Below, in pieces: positions 1 to 14,300 of a stretch of DNA of 64,000 bases; within the stretch, counting starts at the first letter, position 1, and each line of letters begins with the position of its first letter. Source of the stretch: Octopus sinensis. Taxonomy: Eukaryota. The notes beneath the pieces were generated by a model that was given only the letters and a program-made list of their open reading frames with translations, had not been told where the DNA came from and ran no database searches. The DNA lies in the NCBI RefSeq assembly GCF_006345805.1, contig NC_043005.1:20708001-20772000 (forward strand), given 5' to 3'. The translations under genes and the position numbers were made by a program.

Positions 1-1900
1 ACTGTCATGGCTTTTGGCAATGTCAGAAATGAAGGATATGTGATACCTCCTCACTTCTTTCCGCAGGGCTTTAGAATTAACTCTGCTGGTTACATTAAGG
101 TTCTGGAAACAGTTGTCAAGCACTAGATAGACAGAGTACACAATGAAAGACTGTACATGTTTCAGCAGGTTCTTTGCACCATCACATAATGCTCAAGAAA
201 TCCAGAATTGGATAACTGACAATTTTTGTAACTAGGAAAGTAGGAAAGTAGACAAGTCACAAACGCCTTCAGGTAGATGGCCCTGCTCGATCTGTAAAAA
301 AGGTGTAGGTAGAAACTCTATAAGATGCACCAAGTGCAAGCTATGGACACATAAGAGGTGTAGCAATGTCAAAGGAAGGCTAACTAGGAAAATAGTTTTT
401 GTCTGTCTCAGATGCTCAGGAGCAATAAACACTGAAAATGTGCAGAGACCAACGTCTACCATGTTCCAGGGAGAAAAACTAGAAGTAGTTGATAGCTTCT
501 GCTACCTAGGTGACCAAGTCAGTAGCGGGGTGGGTGTGCTGAAAGTGTAACTGCTAGAGTAAGAATAGCCTGGGCAAAGTTTAGAGAGCTCTTACCCCTG
601 CTGGTGACAAAAGGCTTCTCGCTCAGAGTAAAAGGCAGACTGTATGATGCATGTGTACATACAGCCATGCTACATGGTAGTGAAACATGGGCTGTGACTG
701 CTGAGGATATGCGTAAGCTTGCAAGAAATGAAGCCAGTATGCTCCGATGGATGTGTAATGTCAGTGTTCAAAATCGACAGAGTGTAAGTACCTTGAGAGA
801 AAAATTGAACCTAAGAAGCATCAGTTGTGGTGTGCAAGAGAGACGTCTGCGCTGGTATGGGCATGTGACGAGAATGGGTGAAGATAGTTGTGTGCAAAAG
901 TGCTACACTCTAGCAGTTGAGGGAACCTGTGGAAGAGGTAGACCCAGGAAAACCTGGGACGAGGTGGTGAAGCACGACCTTCGAACTTTAGGTCTCACTG
1001 AGGAAATGACTAGAGACCGAGACCTATGGAAGTATGCTGTGCGTGAGAAGACCCGGCAAGACCAGTGAGAAGTCAAAATCAAACCAAATCAACATCAGTG
1101 GAAATTGCAGATGTGGTTAAGCGAACCATCTGATCATTTGTCCATTGCCAGCCTCGCCTGGCCCCCGTGCCGTTGGCACATAAAAGTACCACCCGCTCGT
1201 GTCCGTTGCCAGCCTCGCACCATCCGCTCGTGTCCGTTGCCAGCCTCGCCTGGCCCCCGTGCCGGTAGCATGCAAAAGCACCATCCGTTTGTGTCCGTTG
1301 CCAGCCTCGCCTGGCCCCCATGCCGTTGGCACGTAAAAGCACCATCTGCTCGTGCCCGTTGCCAGCCTCGCCTGGCCCCGTGCTGGTAGCACGTAAAAGC
1401 ACCATCCGTTTGTGTCCGTTGCCAGTCTTGCCTGGCACGTAAAAACACCATCCGTTCGTGGCCGTTTGCCAGCTCTGTCTGGCACCTGTGCAGGTGGCAC
1501 ATAAAAAGCACCCACTACACTCACGGAGTGGTTGGCGTTAGGAAGGGCATCCAGCCGTAGAAACACTGCCAAATCTGACTGGGCCTGATGAAGCCTTCCG
1601 GCTTCACAGACCCCAGTTAAACTGTCCAACCCATGCTAGCATGGAAAATGGACGCTAAATGATGATGATGATGATGATGTAATTCCTAAAATTTGGCCTC
1701 GAAACTCACCAGACCTCAATCCATTGGCCTACTATGTGTGGAGTATTGTTGAAAGAGGGGGCAATCAACATCCCTTTAAAACCAAGGATTCTTTGAAAGC
1801 CACTTATCAGAGTAATGTCTGATATTAACCAGCACCATGTGGACCGTTCAGGTTTTGCCAAAAAAGCAGTTATTGATGCTGAAGGTGACTACATTGAATA
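1..1900 (+). mobile_element. Decayed Tc1/mariner-superfamily transposase remnant (possibly DD37D/maT-like), split by the RTE LINE at ~232-1679
   Basis: Left part reads VMAFGNVRNEG..PPHFFPQG.RINSAGYIKVLETVV...YMFQQ; right part resumes VIPKIWPRNSPDLNPLAYYVWSIVE (WPxxSPDLNP motif); contains stops and frameshifts. Confidence 0.7.
232..1679 (+). mobile_element. 5'-truncated RTE-clade LINE with PHD finger, RT C-terminal region, tandem-repeat 3' UTR and (GAT)n tail
   Basis: ORF 604-1068 has [29 protein letters not shown]; C4HC3 finger at 284-415; ~60-bp repeats at ~1140-1500; tail tgatgatgat ending ~1679. Confidence 0.9.
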
Positions 1901-2175
1901 AAATTATAAGGAAGATGAACTAGTTTATATGTACAAATTTTTCATCAGTAAAGTTGTTTTCTGGTATTCTGTGTATATGCACCCTATATACACAGATATG
2001 TGTGTGAGTGTATACATACATAAATACTTATATATGACTATTTCTGTCTGTGTACATGTTTCTTCAGTGTGTTTCAGTCAATATCTTTATTCTAAATTTG
2101 TCATTATCTCCTCATCCTTACACTTCTCCTAACATATAATTACCATTGATACCATTTTCTCTGTATTATTTCCAG

Positions 2176-2346
2176 TGTTTTCCAAAGTGGACTGTGGACA
2201 GCCAAAAGACATTACTGGTGCTTCAAAGTCCTATAAAACCACTACCTATAAATCTAAAGTAATCTACACTTGTCCAGAAGGAGAAAAATTAAAATCGATA
2301 TGTGAAGACGACAATAAATGGACCCCAGTAGCATCTTCTTGTAAAG
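2176..2346 (+). CDS. Exon S1, Sushi/CCP domain (171 nt)
   Basis: ttccag|TGTTT...AAAG|gtaatg; [57 protein letters not shown], matching C-x-x-P...Y-x-C-x-x-G...C...W...C. Confidence 0.9.
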
Positions 2347-5300
2347 GTAATGAAAATAGGCTCTCACTTGTTGCTTGTGTCTATGTAATTTTGTTTTGAT
2401 TTTTGTGTTATGTATTTTTGTCAGAGGAAGAATTGCTGTGTCCATGACAATTTCCATTGTGATAGTGGTTGTTGGAAAAGAGAAAAGTTATCCTCAGAGC
2501 AAAGAGCACTTCAAATGCTTGCAACATTGCAACAGATTGGGCTTGTGAGTGTTACCCAAGGGCCAGATAATGCAATTAAATTGGGAGATGATTCATGTGT
2601 GCCAAACAAGCACAAGAACTGTGGAATCTTGTACCTTCCTGAAATTTCTATGGAGTTGCTATCAACCAAATTTCATGCACACGGCTCAGATGTGAAGCAA
2701 ATTCTTAAGCATGCAGACTGAACTCTACCCAATATCCCATTGTTGTTAAGCAAAACTATTATGTCCACAGTTATACCTCACTTCATCTTGACATTTTTTC
2801 TCTAATTTCTCACTTGACCTTTCTCATCCATACTTTGTGTCATCATCTAGAATTCTGTATACAGTAATCCCTTGCCATATTGCAGTACACCTATTGTGAT
2901 TCACCTATTGCAGTTCACCTATCATGGTTTATAATTTAAGCTTATGTCAATTCCTCTGTGGTGTTGTTTTGCATTTATAATAAAACAAATATATACAAAT
3001 TATAAAGTAATAAAAAAGAATATGCAATATAGTACTGTTTTTACTTCACAGATTTTCACCTATCTCAGGGGGTTTAGGAATGTAACATCCACGATAGTTG
3101 AGGGACTACTGTAATACAATGCACTGAGTTATTCTTTAATATAATTCAGAATTCAGGATGCTGTACATTTCAGATGAGATAGAAAAGGGCCAAGAAATCT
3201 GATGCTTTGCTGCACTCAAGAAAATGTATCAACCATAACAGATGTTTTAAAAATGCAAATGAAAAATAACCTGAAGTTAGAAGTCCCTGTCTTCTGACCT
3301 TTGAACTTCATCCACTGCACAACCTCTATCACTACAGCTACCAGACAGAGGAAATTTGGCTTCTTTACTTAGTTAAAGGAGGGTGTGGGGCAATCATCAT
3401 GATGGACGGATTTGTCACACACATAACAGTCACAGTTTGACATATCTTTACAAATCAGCAATGCATGGACAATGAACATGTGCATGTAAAATGGTTTTGA
3501 TGCACTGTGCACATCTTGGACAACACTGATGGCACTTCCATGACTGTAGATTTTACCTTGAACCAATTGACTTCCAAGAACTCCAGAAAGTTGTCCATCT
3601 TAGTCCCTGATCATAATCCTTGACCAAAAAGATCTTTGAAACAAACTTGGCAATTCATTTTCTTCAATGCACTGAGCATCCTTGAGAATGGTACTACTCA
3701 TTTTCTTCAGTTCACTGAGAATTCCTGAGTATTTTGGTACACTAGCTTATAACAGATTGCTAGAGTGGAACACCCACTAATTCTATTGCCGATGTTAGGT
3801 TTCATTTTGTGTACTTTATTGTTTGTAATCCTTAGGATTACATTAGATAATATGGCCATCCTTTTTTATGATAGTTGGATGGAATTGGGGGAAATTTTGT
3901 TGATAATTCTAACATGTTGGGTGCCTATATTACAAGGTCCTCCTCAGTGGCTGGCCACAGTAAATATTGAGCTTTAATATTCCAGGTTAACAGACCTGAC
4001 ACAACTCCTCCCTGCTCCTCATCCACACTATCATCATCATCATCATAATCTTCATCATCACAATCATCAATCATCATCATCATCATCACGTTTAATTATA
4101 TTGCTACCTGATCAAGGTGAATGTGGTGGACAACACTTAATCTGATGTTAATATGTCTATATATTGCAGTCAGACAACGTACCAACAGGTTGAATGGTGA
4201 TTGGCAGTGATGAAATAGAGGAGGTAAAGGAATATGTCTACCTGGGACAGGAAGTGAATATGTGCCGAGATATTGAAAAGGAGATCTCACGGAGAGTAAG
4301 GACCGGATGGAAGGCGTTTAATGGCATAAGTGATGTGCTCAAGGGAAGGTTGGACAGGACCACCCGCACCAACCTCATCAACAGTACAGCTCTACCTGCA
4401 ATGTTATATGGTAGTGAAACATGGGCTACCACTTAGAGAGAAGAGCAAAGACTGGTAATGGCTCAAAGAGCCATGGAACGGTCAATGCTTGGTATCTCGT
4501 TGAGAGAGCACATCAGTAGCGAGATCATCAGAAAGAAGTCTGAAGTGAGGGATGTCATCACAGAGTATACACGCAACAAGTTTAGATGGGCTGGACACAT
4601 TGCCCGGCTCACCGATAATCGGTGGACCCGCGCAGTTGTCGAGTGGTACCCACACGAGTGGAAACGACCATCCGGAAGGCCTCCACGACGGTGGAGTTAT
4701 GATTTCAGGAGGACAATTGGGATCACGTGGATGAGAAAGGCATGATCCAGAGAGGAGTGGACAGCATGCTGTGACCAGCGGTGTCAAATGGACGCCCGAC
4801 GGACTGGTCGGTCAAGGTTATCAAGATGATATTGCAGTACCAAATACATTGATCCACAGTTGCTAAGACTTGGCTTGGGCTATTTTAACTTCACAAGCAT
4901 TGTAGGTATTGTGGCCTGTGTGTTTCATAACATAGTTCAAATTTTTCTGTCATGATTAGCATATAAAGATGAACGTATCAGTTTGTATATACATTGTATA
5001 TTCACTGTTTTGAGACATGGCCAAACATAGTTAAAAAAAATTAATGAGATTATATGATATTTACCTCTTCTTCAAAAGCATTAACAATCTATGTACTGTA
5101 ACCAAACTTAAACACAGAATCAAACTCTGATCATTGACTTACACAACACTATCAATGTTTTTATTGACAGAACAGCTATGGGAAATAGGGTGGAGCAAAA
5201 AAATGCAACTTTTGAAATTGGTAATCAAGAATCAATATTTTGTTGTGAATTATGGTTAAAAGAAAGGTGTATAAAGAACTTTGTGGTTAGATATTTTTTT

Positions 5301-8300
5301 CAGGCTCTGCAACACAATTGAAAATTTTAAAAATCATTATTTTTGGTCAAATTTTGGATTTCATAGATTATAAGTCATAACAAATACATATTTCTACATA
5401 GCAGAATGCAAAACAGTAAATATAGTATTCTTAAGAGGTTGCATACCAAGTTTCAATACAATTGACTAATATCTTGAGGTTCCACATTGACTATAAAGAG
5501 TCTGGGAATGTGAACTTCTCACTAGTGTCACGGCAACAATTGTTGTGTGTGGATGTATGTTGTGCATGTGTAAAGTTTTCTGCTTTGTACCTTGACTTTA
5601 TGCTATTGTATTAAAATTAATGATCATGTTAAATTTAGTGTTGTTTACATTTAGTGATGATTTGTAAGTCAATAATGCATCATTATACTGAATGCCCAAT
5701 ATTTGGTACTCCATGTGATCTTAGCAAGCAAGTTTTGCCAACTTACAAGGATGTACTAAATGTGTTTTATTTCAATGAGAAAAAGAAAAGAATGTAGTTA
5801 AAGATCCTTCAATTATACAAATTGTCAAGATTGTAGCAGAAAAGATAATTCTTCTATGGCAAAAGACATCCATCCCTTGTGTCATGAGTTTGTTAAACCG
5901 AAAATTTAAAAATTTTATCTTAAGTACCAAGCATTACTAAAATCTGTGAAAAATAGGAAAAAATGTGCCATTGTTTCAAGCAAAGTGCAATGTGTTTGAA
6001 AACAATGCAACAAAAGATCTATTTAACATTTTCTTTAGCAAGTGCAATTCCTTTAACAACTGCAGTTCTATTAGAGACAAAAACGTACCACAGTGAGAAC
6101 AAGATTTTTTATAGGATCAATGGACAAATAAAAAAATGGCGGAATAGATCAAACAGTATCTAAACAACATTCAGAAGTTGATCAGAAAGAATTAACCAGA
6201 TCACACTCACCCTTCTACACCAACGAAGGATTCTGAATTGGTAGCATTTTCATCAAGCAGTGAATCTGGAAGTGGATCAGCAGGTGAAGACGAAGATTTT
6301 CCAATTCCATTTTCCATGAAACAAAAAGATGCCAGCAAAAATGTAAATTCAAAAACATCAATAAAATTAATGAAATTCCCAGAACTAGCTTCTGCCTGTG
6401 ACTGCACTGGTGTGTCAGACGGTGCTGAAGATCGGTCATCAGCAACTTAAATGCAGACTAAAAACATGCAACAGTTACTCTTCCTGGTTCATACATTTTT
6501 AGAGTTCTTAACATACTGTATTTTCCGGTCTATAAAACACATTGGGGGAATATTTTGGTCTTATCCACACATAGAGCACACCAGTGTTTAAAAGACCTAT
6601 AGAGTTATGGGTCCACAGCTAGCTTTTTTGTTGCTGACCTGTATGTAGTTTCAAAATGCCTTAATTTAGAACTATGAGATGTATTGTTATTGTTATATCT
6701 TACTAAAATCAACAACAAACACATTTTGTCAATATTAAAGTTTTTATTAGATTAAAAATAACATTATCAAAACATGAAGGTAAAACAAAACAACTTTGTT
6801 TTCTTTCTGTAGCCGTAGTCTTTCATGTTGTTCACCGACCAAACCTTTCTTTTGAAAAAATCAGTGGAATCATTCGATCTCCATACACAAATCATTTTCC
6901 TCCTGAAACTTATAAAAAATGCACACATTAGGTGCACACTAAATTTCCCAGGTAAAAAATAGCGGCTTATACACTGAAAAATATGGTACACATTGGTGGT
7001 TAACTGCTTAGGGGTAATTTTCCTAGGAGGTTGTTGCCCTTGGCGGGTTATTGTCTATGGTGGGTAAATGTCGTAGACTGGGATTACTTTCTGCATGGAA
7101 AACAAGTAGTAAAGTGGCTGCTTATTGACCCAAGATATTATGATTAATTAAAATTTTTACCCTCGGTAGTTGATAAAATCATTATGCTTATGACTTATTC
7201 TGGTCATGAGATTCAGAAAAGACAGCTCTGTAAAGTTTGAATTGTTTTGTTTATTTGCAATTCACTAAAAGTATACTTTTGCATAAATAAAAATTTCTTA
7301 GCTTGTTACATTACATTTTTAGTTCCCATTTTCTCTATATTTACAAGGTGGTATCAAAAAGTTCCAACAGATGGCAGCACATGGTTGCCTGCACTGTAAG
7401 ACCTAGCAGCGATCTTCATGAGGCAGTGTTCTGAATGACATTGCTGTGTTTAATTTGTAAATTGTAAAATTTGAGTTTTGAGATCGTGTGTATGCTGTAG
7501 CCTACAATTTAGTCATAGACAAGTAAAAAATTTTGTTTTAAATTTGGGAAGTCTGCTACAGAGACATTGAGCATGTTTTGGCAAGCTTATGGTGATGAGG
7601 CAATGGGTCATATGTCTTGTTTTGGGTGGCACTAGTGCATTAAAAGCGAAAGAATATCCCTGGAAAATGATGAGCAATCTGGAAGACCCGCAGCAAACAT
7701 CACCCCTGGAAATGTGATACTGTGGTTCAAGAATTCATTCCCCAGGGTCAGACAGTGAATTGAGAGTTCTACTGTGACATTTTGAAGCATTTGAGGGAGG
7801 ACATTCAACAAAAGCAACTGGATCTGTGGAGCACAAAGAATTGGATTCTACACAACAACAACGCATCCTGTCACTGAGCTCTCCTCACTCATGAGTTTCT
7901 AACCAAAAACAGCACCCACCCTATTCACCAGATTTAGCACCTGCAAGCATCCATCTCCTCCCCAAGATGAAAATGCAGCATAAAGTTGCCATTTTAACAC
8001 TATTGTTGAAATCCAGAGTGAATTGCAGAAAGTTCTTGACTAGCTTACAGAAAATTTCTTGCAGGCCAGAGTCCATAAGTGGTAGAAATGCAAGATGACT
8101 ATTTCGAAGGAGATGATTTCAAATGTTGCATAATCACTCAAGTCAGGTCTTGCAGTTACTAGCCATATTTAGTTATCTTCTTTTATATTCTGGATTCAAA
8201 GCTCATCTGATTATATTTACCTTCCATTATTGGGAGATTAACAAAACTAGCACTAGTCAAGTACTGAATTCATTTATTCATATGCATTCTCAATGCAAAA

Positions 8301-11300
8301 TGCATGGCTTTGTGTTTGTATTAGAAACCATTATTGTAAATATTGTTAATATCAACAATAATTATATTTCTTGTTAAGGGTGCTGTATTTACAGAATCAT
8401 TAGATCCTCAGACAAAATGTATGGTGGTATTTGTTATGGCACTTCAGCTTTTGATTTCAAATCCTACTAATGTTAATTTTGCTCTTGCAGGGCCAGTAAA
8501 TTAAAATAACAGTTAAGTGTAGAGGCATATTTGATTAACTTCTACCTAAAATTTTTGCCCTTTCTATATTAGAAATTATTATGATTGTTATTGTTTTTGT
8601 CTTTTATATTCATCTAAATCTTACTTCAATTTCAGTCACTGCGATGCATTTTGTGAAAGTCACAGATGCAATTCTGGATGTAGCCGGGAAATCATTGGTT
8701 GAGGAAAATGTAACCACAGATGCCTGTGCTGAAAAATGTTTGTCTGATCCAAATTGTTTAGCATTTGAAATAACTAAAAGAGGTGGAAAATGTTACTTAA
8801 CAAATAAAACTGCAGCCTCCACCAAGAAAGTGAAGTCAGACAAAAGCAGAGATTATTACCAACGAATAGAACGTAATTATTCTTTGTATTTTATCATTGG
8901 ACTTCTTTTTCCTCTTTTTCTAAAATTTGTAATTCCATTTGTACTTTATAGTGTATAGACAACCATTTCTGTAAAGACATTGACAGGTTTACCTATGAAG
9001 GCAGGCATAGGCATGTTCCTGAGAAAGAAAAAGAAATATTAGTAACTGTAAATACTGTGAGGGCAATCTCATACAGACTTTGTTCATCTTGAACAATTTT
9101 ATGCATGTTTACAATCCATTGTTTTATGTCAGAAATTAAATTCTTGTTGTTTGCCTTAAACCTGAATAATTGCATCAGCTGTAGTGGCAGTAGTAGTAGT
9201 AGTTTCAAATTTTGGCCAAATGACAGCAGATTGAGTCAATGTTAATTGATACAATCAAACCTAATTCTTGTCTGGTATTATATTGTATCAACCCTGAAGA
9301 AATGAATGGCAGTGTTTGAGCTTATAATGTAATGAGCTGGAAGGAATACCACAATGTGACATGGATCTACACATTATCATACCACTAGTTGTTGTTCATC
9401 TGATATACAAAATATCAGGAAAAGAGATGCCAGTTGATGAAGTTGCATATCTCCTATAAATTAGCATTGTTACTAGGGCTGGGTATCCTTTCTATCACTA
9501 ACCATTATACCACATATAAAGAGTACATTTTATCATGCTTTTGGAGTTAGAAAAGTTCTCTGCAGTAACTGAAGAAATCACTCAACATAAAATAAGTTCC
9601 TATTCAGAATAGTTCTATGATTTAAAAACAAAATGTTTAACAATTTCACCCACTTTGATTAGGAGGATTTTTTTTACCTTTCCTATCAAAATCCTTCCTT
9701 CTCAAAACCCTGGATATTGGGAAATTTGCTAGGTGTAGTGATTTCTCAGTATATATATGAGGAACTATAATTCGTCTAAAGTCACAGACTCCTCTGCGGT
9801 ATTCTGGATACTTTCAACAAATTTAAGTACATTTACAGCTCAGGTTTATACAGAGACAGTTATCTAGCAATTTCATGTCATGTAAATAGCCATATCAAAA
9901 ACAGATTAAGGTAAAAATTTTATTTTTAAAAAATGATTGTTACCTTGTTACCAACAGTTGTTAGAACGATTGTTAACTACATTTGACTAAGTGGACATTA
10001 TTTTAGATTTGAAGTACATTTTAGATACTGTGATTTGAAGGTATGTAAATAAAATTGATTTTACCTCAACTTGTAATCGGGTATTGCTGGCAGATAGATC
10101 AGTTCCTTACCCGTGTTGTCACAATCTCTGTATCTCTATGATTGATGTCTGTCACTGCTAGCATCCCAAGGAAAAACAAATCACAGGGAAAAACTTTTCT
10201 TCTCACTTGCCGATGTGACATCATCTGTTGTTGCTTCAGGTCTTCCTTCCACCATATACCCCACTGATCCAAAGATCACTGCTCTCCTGTTTTGTCTCGT
10301 AATTGTCCATCCACCTGGTGTGGGGAAAGATGGGGTGGGCGATGCTCCCTTAGAGATCTCCGTAGGGTCTCAGGGCTGCCTTCCCCCTCCTCTTCATCAT
10401 TGTAAGAGCTAATCACCCTTCAGATATCCAGGACGTGACACAGCATTCCATCCACTGATACATTATTCAGAGTACTGATCGCTGTCACCTTTCCTTTTTC
10501 CACTACGTTGTGCACTGAGAATTCGGGGTTTCAACCACCTGCACAAATGTAATCCCTTCCACCTCTTGCTGCTGCAGCACAACGCACGGGTGTCTCCATT
10601 TCTACCAGAATATGGCCCTGTGCGGGAACGACTCTTTGGCTTTCTCTACCCAAGGTAACATATTATATTAGAAGCCTGCCTCCATTGGGGAGGTTCATCC
10701 CCTCTCAGCCATGGCTTTAATCATACGCTGGTGCCGTCCCACAATCCCATTTCCATTTGGTCTGAATGCAGCTTTGAAGAAGTGTCTTGTGCTCCATTTT
10801 CCAAGCATCTCTCTCAGCTACTGTGAGTGAAAAACTGCTGTTATCCATCAGTAGCTCATTTACAGACCTCATTTCCAAAAACATCTCATTCGGCACCTCT
10901 GCGACCTTGGCAACAGTCTCTGCCCTGATTTCTTTCCATATAGCCATTCACCCCAGTCCACAGTCGACCATTTCAAGGTACACCTTTTCCCAGTAGTATG
11001 TCACATCAATGACTAGCCTCTTCTATTCTTACTTTACCTAAATCTTTCCTAGTTCATGTGTGTTTGGGACAGGATTGATTGGCACCTGTTGCAGATCCCC
11101 ACTATCCTCTGAAAGCTCTCCCTTGTGACATCAGGGTTGACCATCCTAGCCAAAAACAATATCTTGTTGACCTCCATATGGTGCCTGTTGTGCAGTCTCC
11201 TTAGTTCTGTGCCCTCCAGCCAACAAACTGCTACCACCCCATCCAGAACATCCTCTACTGTTTCCAACCAATACTGTTTCACTCTGGTTAGAACACCTGC

Positions 11301-14300
11301 CTTATTCTTTTCCAAGGGCACAAGCACTGCATACAGCTCTGGAGTGAACTTGGCAGTTAGCTCCCTCAGGATTCCCAGACAATGCTTGATCACCATTTCC
11401 ATGGCCCCTTTCATATGAATCCTCTTCCAGTTAGTGATCACTGACTTCATCCACCCTAGCACAGTGGCAGAATCAGTTCAGATCTTGACTGTTTGCAGGC
11501 CCCATCTCAATACTATGTTGATGCCCTTCAATACAGCATCCAGTTCAGCCACTCTGATGTGGTTGCCGTCGTCCTTCTTCCTAAGCCATGCTGTGTCTTC
11601 CACCTCGACACCTCCTGTTTCCAGCATGACTCCCAATGCTATGCTGCTTGCGTTGCACCATATGATCCCTTTCTTTATATCAGGCACATACCAGCCACTC
11701 CTCACTGGATCCTCTGCTCACACTCTCTCCAAGACCTCTCATCATTACCATCATCTCTCTCCTACTTTATCGCCTCAGTTCACTCTTTCTGTTCACCTTT
11801 TGAGACAGCTACATGCTGTTTGGAGCCATCCTGCAACCGGGTAATGGCCCACCAACTTCCCACATATTGACAACAGCTCTTGCCTATTCATATTCTGATT
11901 CAAATCTGGGATCTCATTTCCTCTGTGAAGCACATACTCTTTTAAGCCTGTGCCTCAGTACCTCACTTGTCACAAAGCGATACTCAAGATGTAGTGGCAA
12001 CAGTGATGATGGATACAAGTGGGACAAAGAAACAGGCATGAAACAACAACAGCAAGAACCTGGTGAGGTGAATGACCAAGGGACCAGCACCGTACCTCCT
12101 TCTATACCCTCTGGTAGTTTTGCTGTCAGCCCAAACCTCCTAAGATGGCCCATTATTTCCTCTGCTAATACCACATTCACACCCACTAAAATATCGTCAA
12201 TACATGAACTAGTAGCCTATTCCACTTAGGCCTCTTTGCCCAAAACCGTCTCGAGGACCTTTGCCATGATCTTTAGCACCGAACTCAATCCAAAACCTAG
12301 TCTTGTTTGGCAATATGTTTTTCCCTGCGTTTTGGTTTTCCTTGGGATGCTAGCAGTGACAGACACCTGTTGTGGAAATAGAGAGGTCATGACAATACAG
12401 GTGAAAAACCAATCAATCTGCCCAGCAGTATCCATTCCGAGTCAAGGGAAGAACAATTTTATTTACATGCCTTTGTAGCAAGTCTTAATAAACCTTTACC
12501 AGCAGTAATATGACGTCATGGTCATGTTGGCCGAATAGGTATAATTATTAGTTTCCCATTGGTTAAAATTACTGCCTATATTTGAATTCTAACTTTCGTC
12601 AAAGAGAAATCTTCCTTCTCAATTGCTGATGTGATGTCATCTCTCGTTGCTTCCAGTTTTCCTTTCACCACAGATACTCCAAGGGAAAGCCTAACAAGCA
12701 GAATAGACACCTTCATAGGAATTTCAATTTCTATCCCCACACTATAATAAGAAACTTAGTAACTGGCATTACTAAAAACTCTCAGAGTTATGCTCAGATA
12801 GAGATAATTTTGACAGCAATTTCATGCTTCAAAACATTGCTTACTTTTTATTTGGCCTGATAGTTTTTTAGCATAAGATACCCTTCTTAAACTTCATGTA
12901 AATTCTGGTATATCATGAGACATACTTGGAACTTCACCTTCATGATTCAGTTGCAGATTATGCATTTGTATGTCCCTCTTCTGACACTGTTTTTGTTTAT
13001 GATTTAATGGCCATAACACTTGACACATTCATTGACCTTATAAAAATACATCATTAGAAGTGGGGTTATATAAGTGTGTTATGTGCACCTTAAGTTTTGA
13101 AACACATTTACAAATAAATCTGAAGATGTGTTACAATTCACATGAATCCTTAGTTGTCATTATGGATGTTATATGATATTCAGTGTGTGAGTTTAAGAAT
13201 GTGTTTCTTGTCTTTTTTCTTTTATATTTCTCCAGCAAAAGATGAGATTCTTAAATTTAAAAGCGCTATGATACCAGGAGAGGATACTTTTGAACGAGTG
13301 ACTAATGTGAGCTTAAAGGAGTGTGCTCAAGCTTGTCATCAAAATCCAAAATGTAATTCTTATGAGTACCAAGAAAAATCTAAGTTCTGTGATCAAAGTA
13401 ATGTGACTCACTTGTCTCATGACCTTCAACCCAGCAAATGGGGTTGGGATGTATACATCGTTAACCCAGGTCAGTGGTGTTTGCATTTCATTTTTTTATG
13501 TGTGCTTGCATGTTAGTGTGTTTGTTTGTATTGTCATATATGTAATGTGTGTGTGTGTATACCGAATGTGTACCGTTGGCGACTTTTTTACTCCGTCTTC
13601 CCTTCTTTGGATCTTTCCTTTTCCTATGTTTCTGATGAAGAGTTCCGCTCGAAACATTAAACCCTCCTTCTTTCCTTCTTTCCTGAGCGTCCAATAACAC
13701 TATACTTGTTCCACATCCTTGCATTGTTGTTTTCTCTTTGTATTTTCATGGATTAACTATATATATATATATATCATCATCATCATCATCATCATCATCA
13801 TTTAGCGTCCGTTCTCCATGCTAGCATGGGTTGGACGGTTCAACTGGGGTCTGTGAAGCTGGAAGGCTTCATCAGGCCCAGTCAGATCTGGCAGTGTTTC
13901 TACGGCTGGATGCCCTTCCTAACGCCAACCACTCCGTGAGTGTAGTGGGTGCTTTTTACGTGCCACCCACACAGGTGCCAGACAGAGCTGGCAAACGGCC
14001 ATGAACGGATGGTGCTTTTACGTGTCACCAGCACGGGGGCCAGGCGAGGCTGGCAACGGACACGAACGGATGGTGCTTTTACATGCCACCGACACGGGGG
14101 CCAGACAGGGCTGGCAAACGGCCACGAACGGATGGTGCTTTTACGTGTCACCGGCACGGGGGCCAGGCGAGGCTGGCAACGGACACGAACGGATGGTGCT
14201 TTTACATGTCACCGACATGGGGGCCAGACAGGGCTGGCAAACGGCCAGGCTGGCATACATATATTCATCCTGATAAATATAATATATATATGTATATATA

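Noticed and set aside
1140-1500. Regularly spaced repeats that look like a CRISPR array
   Set aside because: No unique spacers, no cas genes, eukaryotic LINE context.
1585-1612. CTGATGA followed by a hairpin in the RTE tail as a possible hammerhead
   Set aside because: No GAAA box or stem III, and the copy near 24340 has CTGGTGC instead; more likely the LINE 3' stem-loop.
1079-1629. Overlapping repetitive ORFs (also 13900-14382 and 26797-27213)
   Set aside because: Open frames across the GC-rich tandem repeat of the LINE 3' UTR, present in several frames at once.
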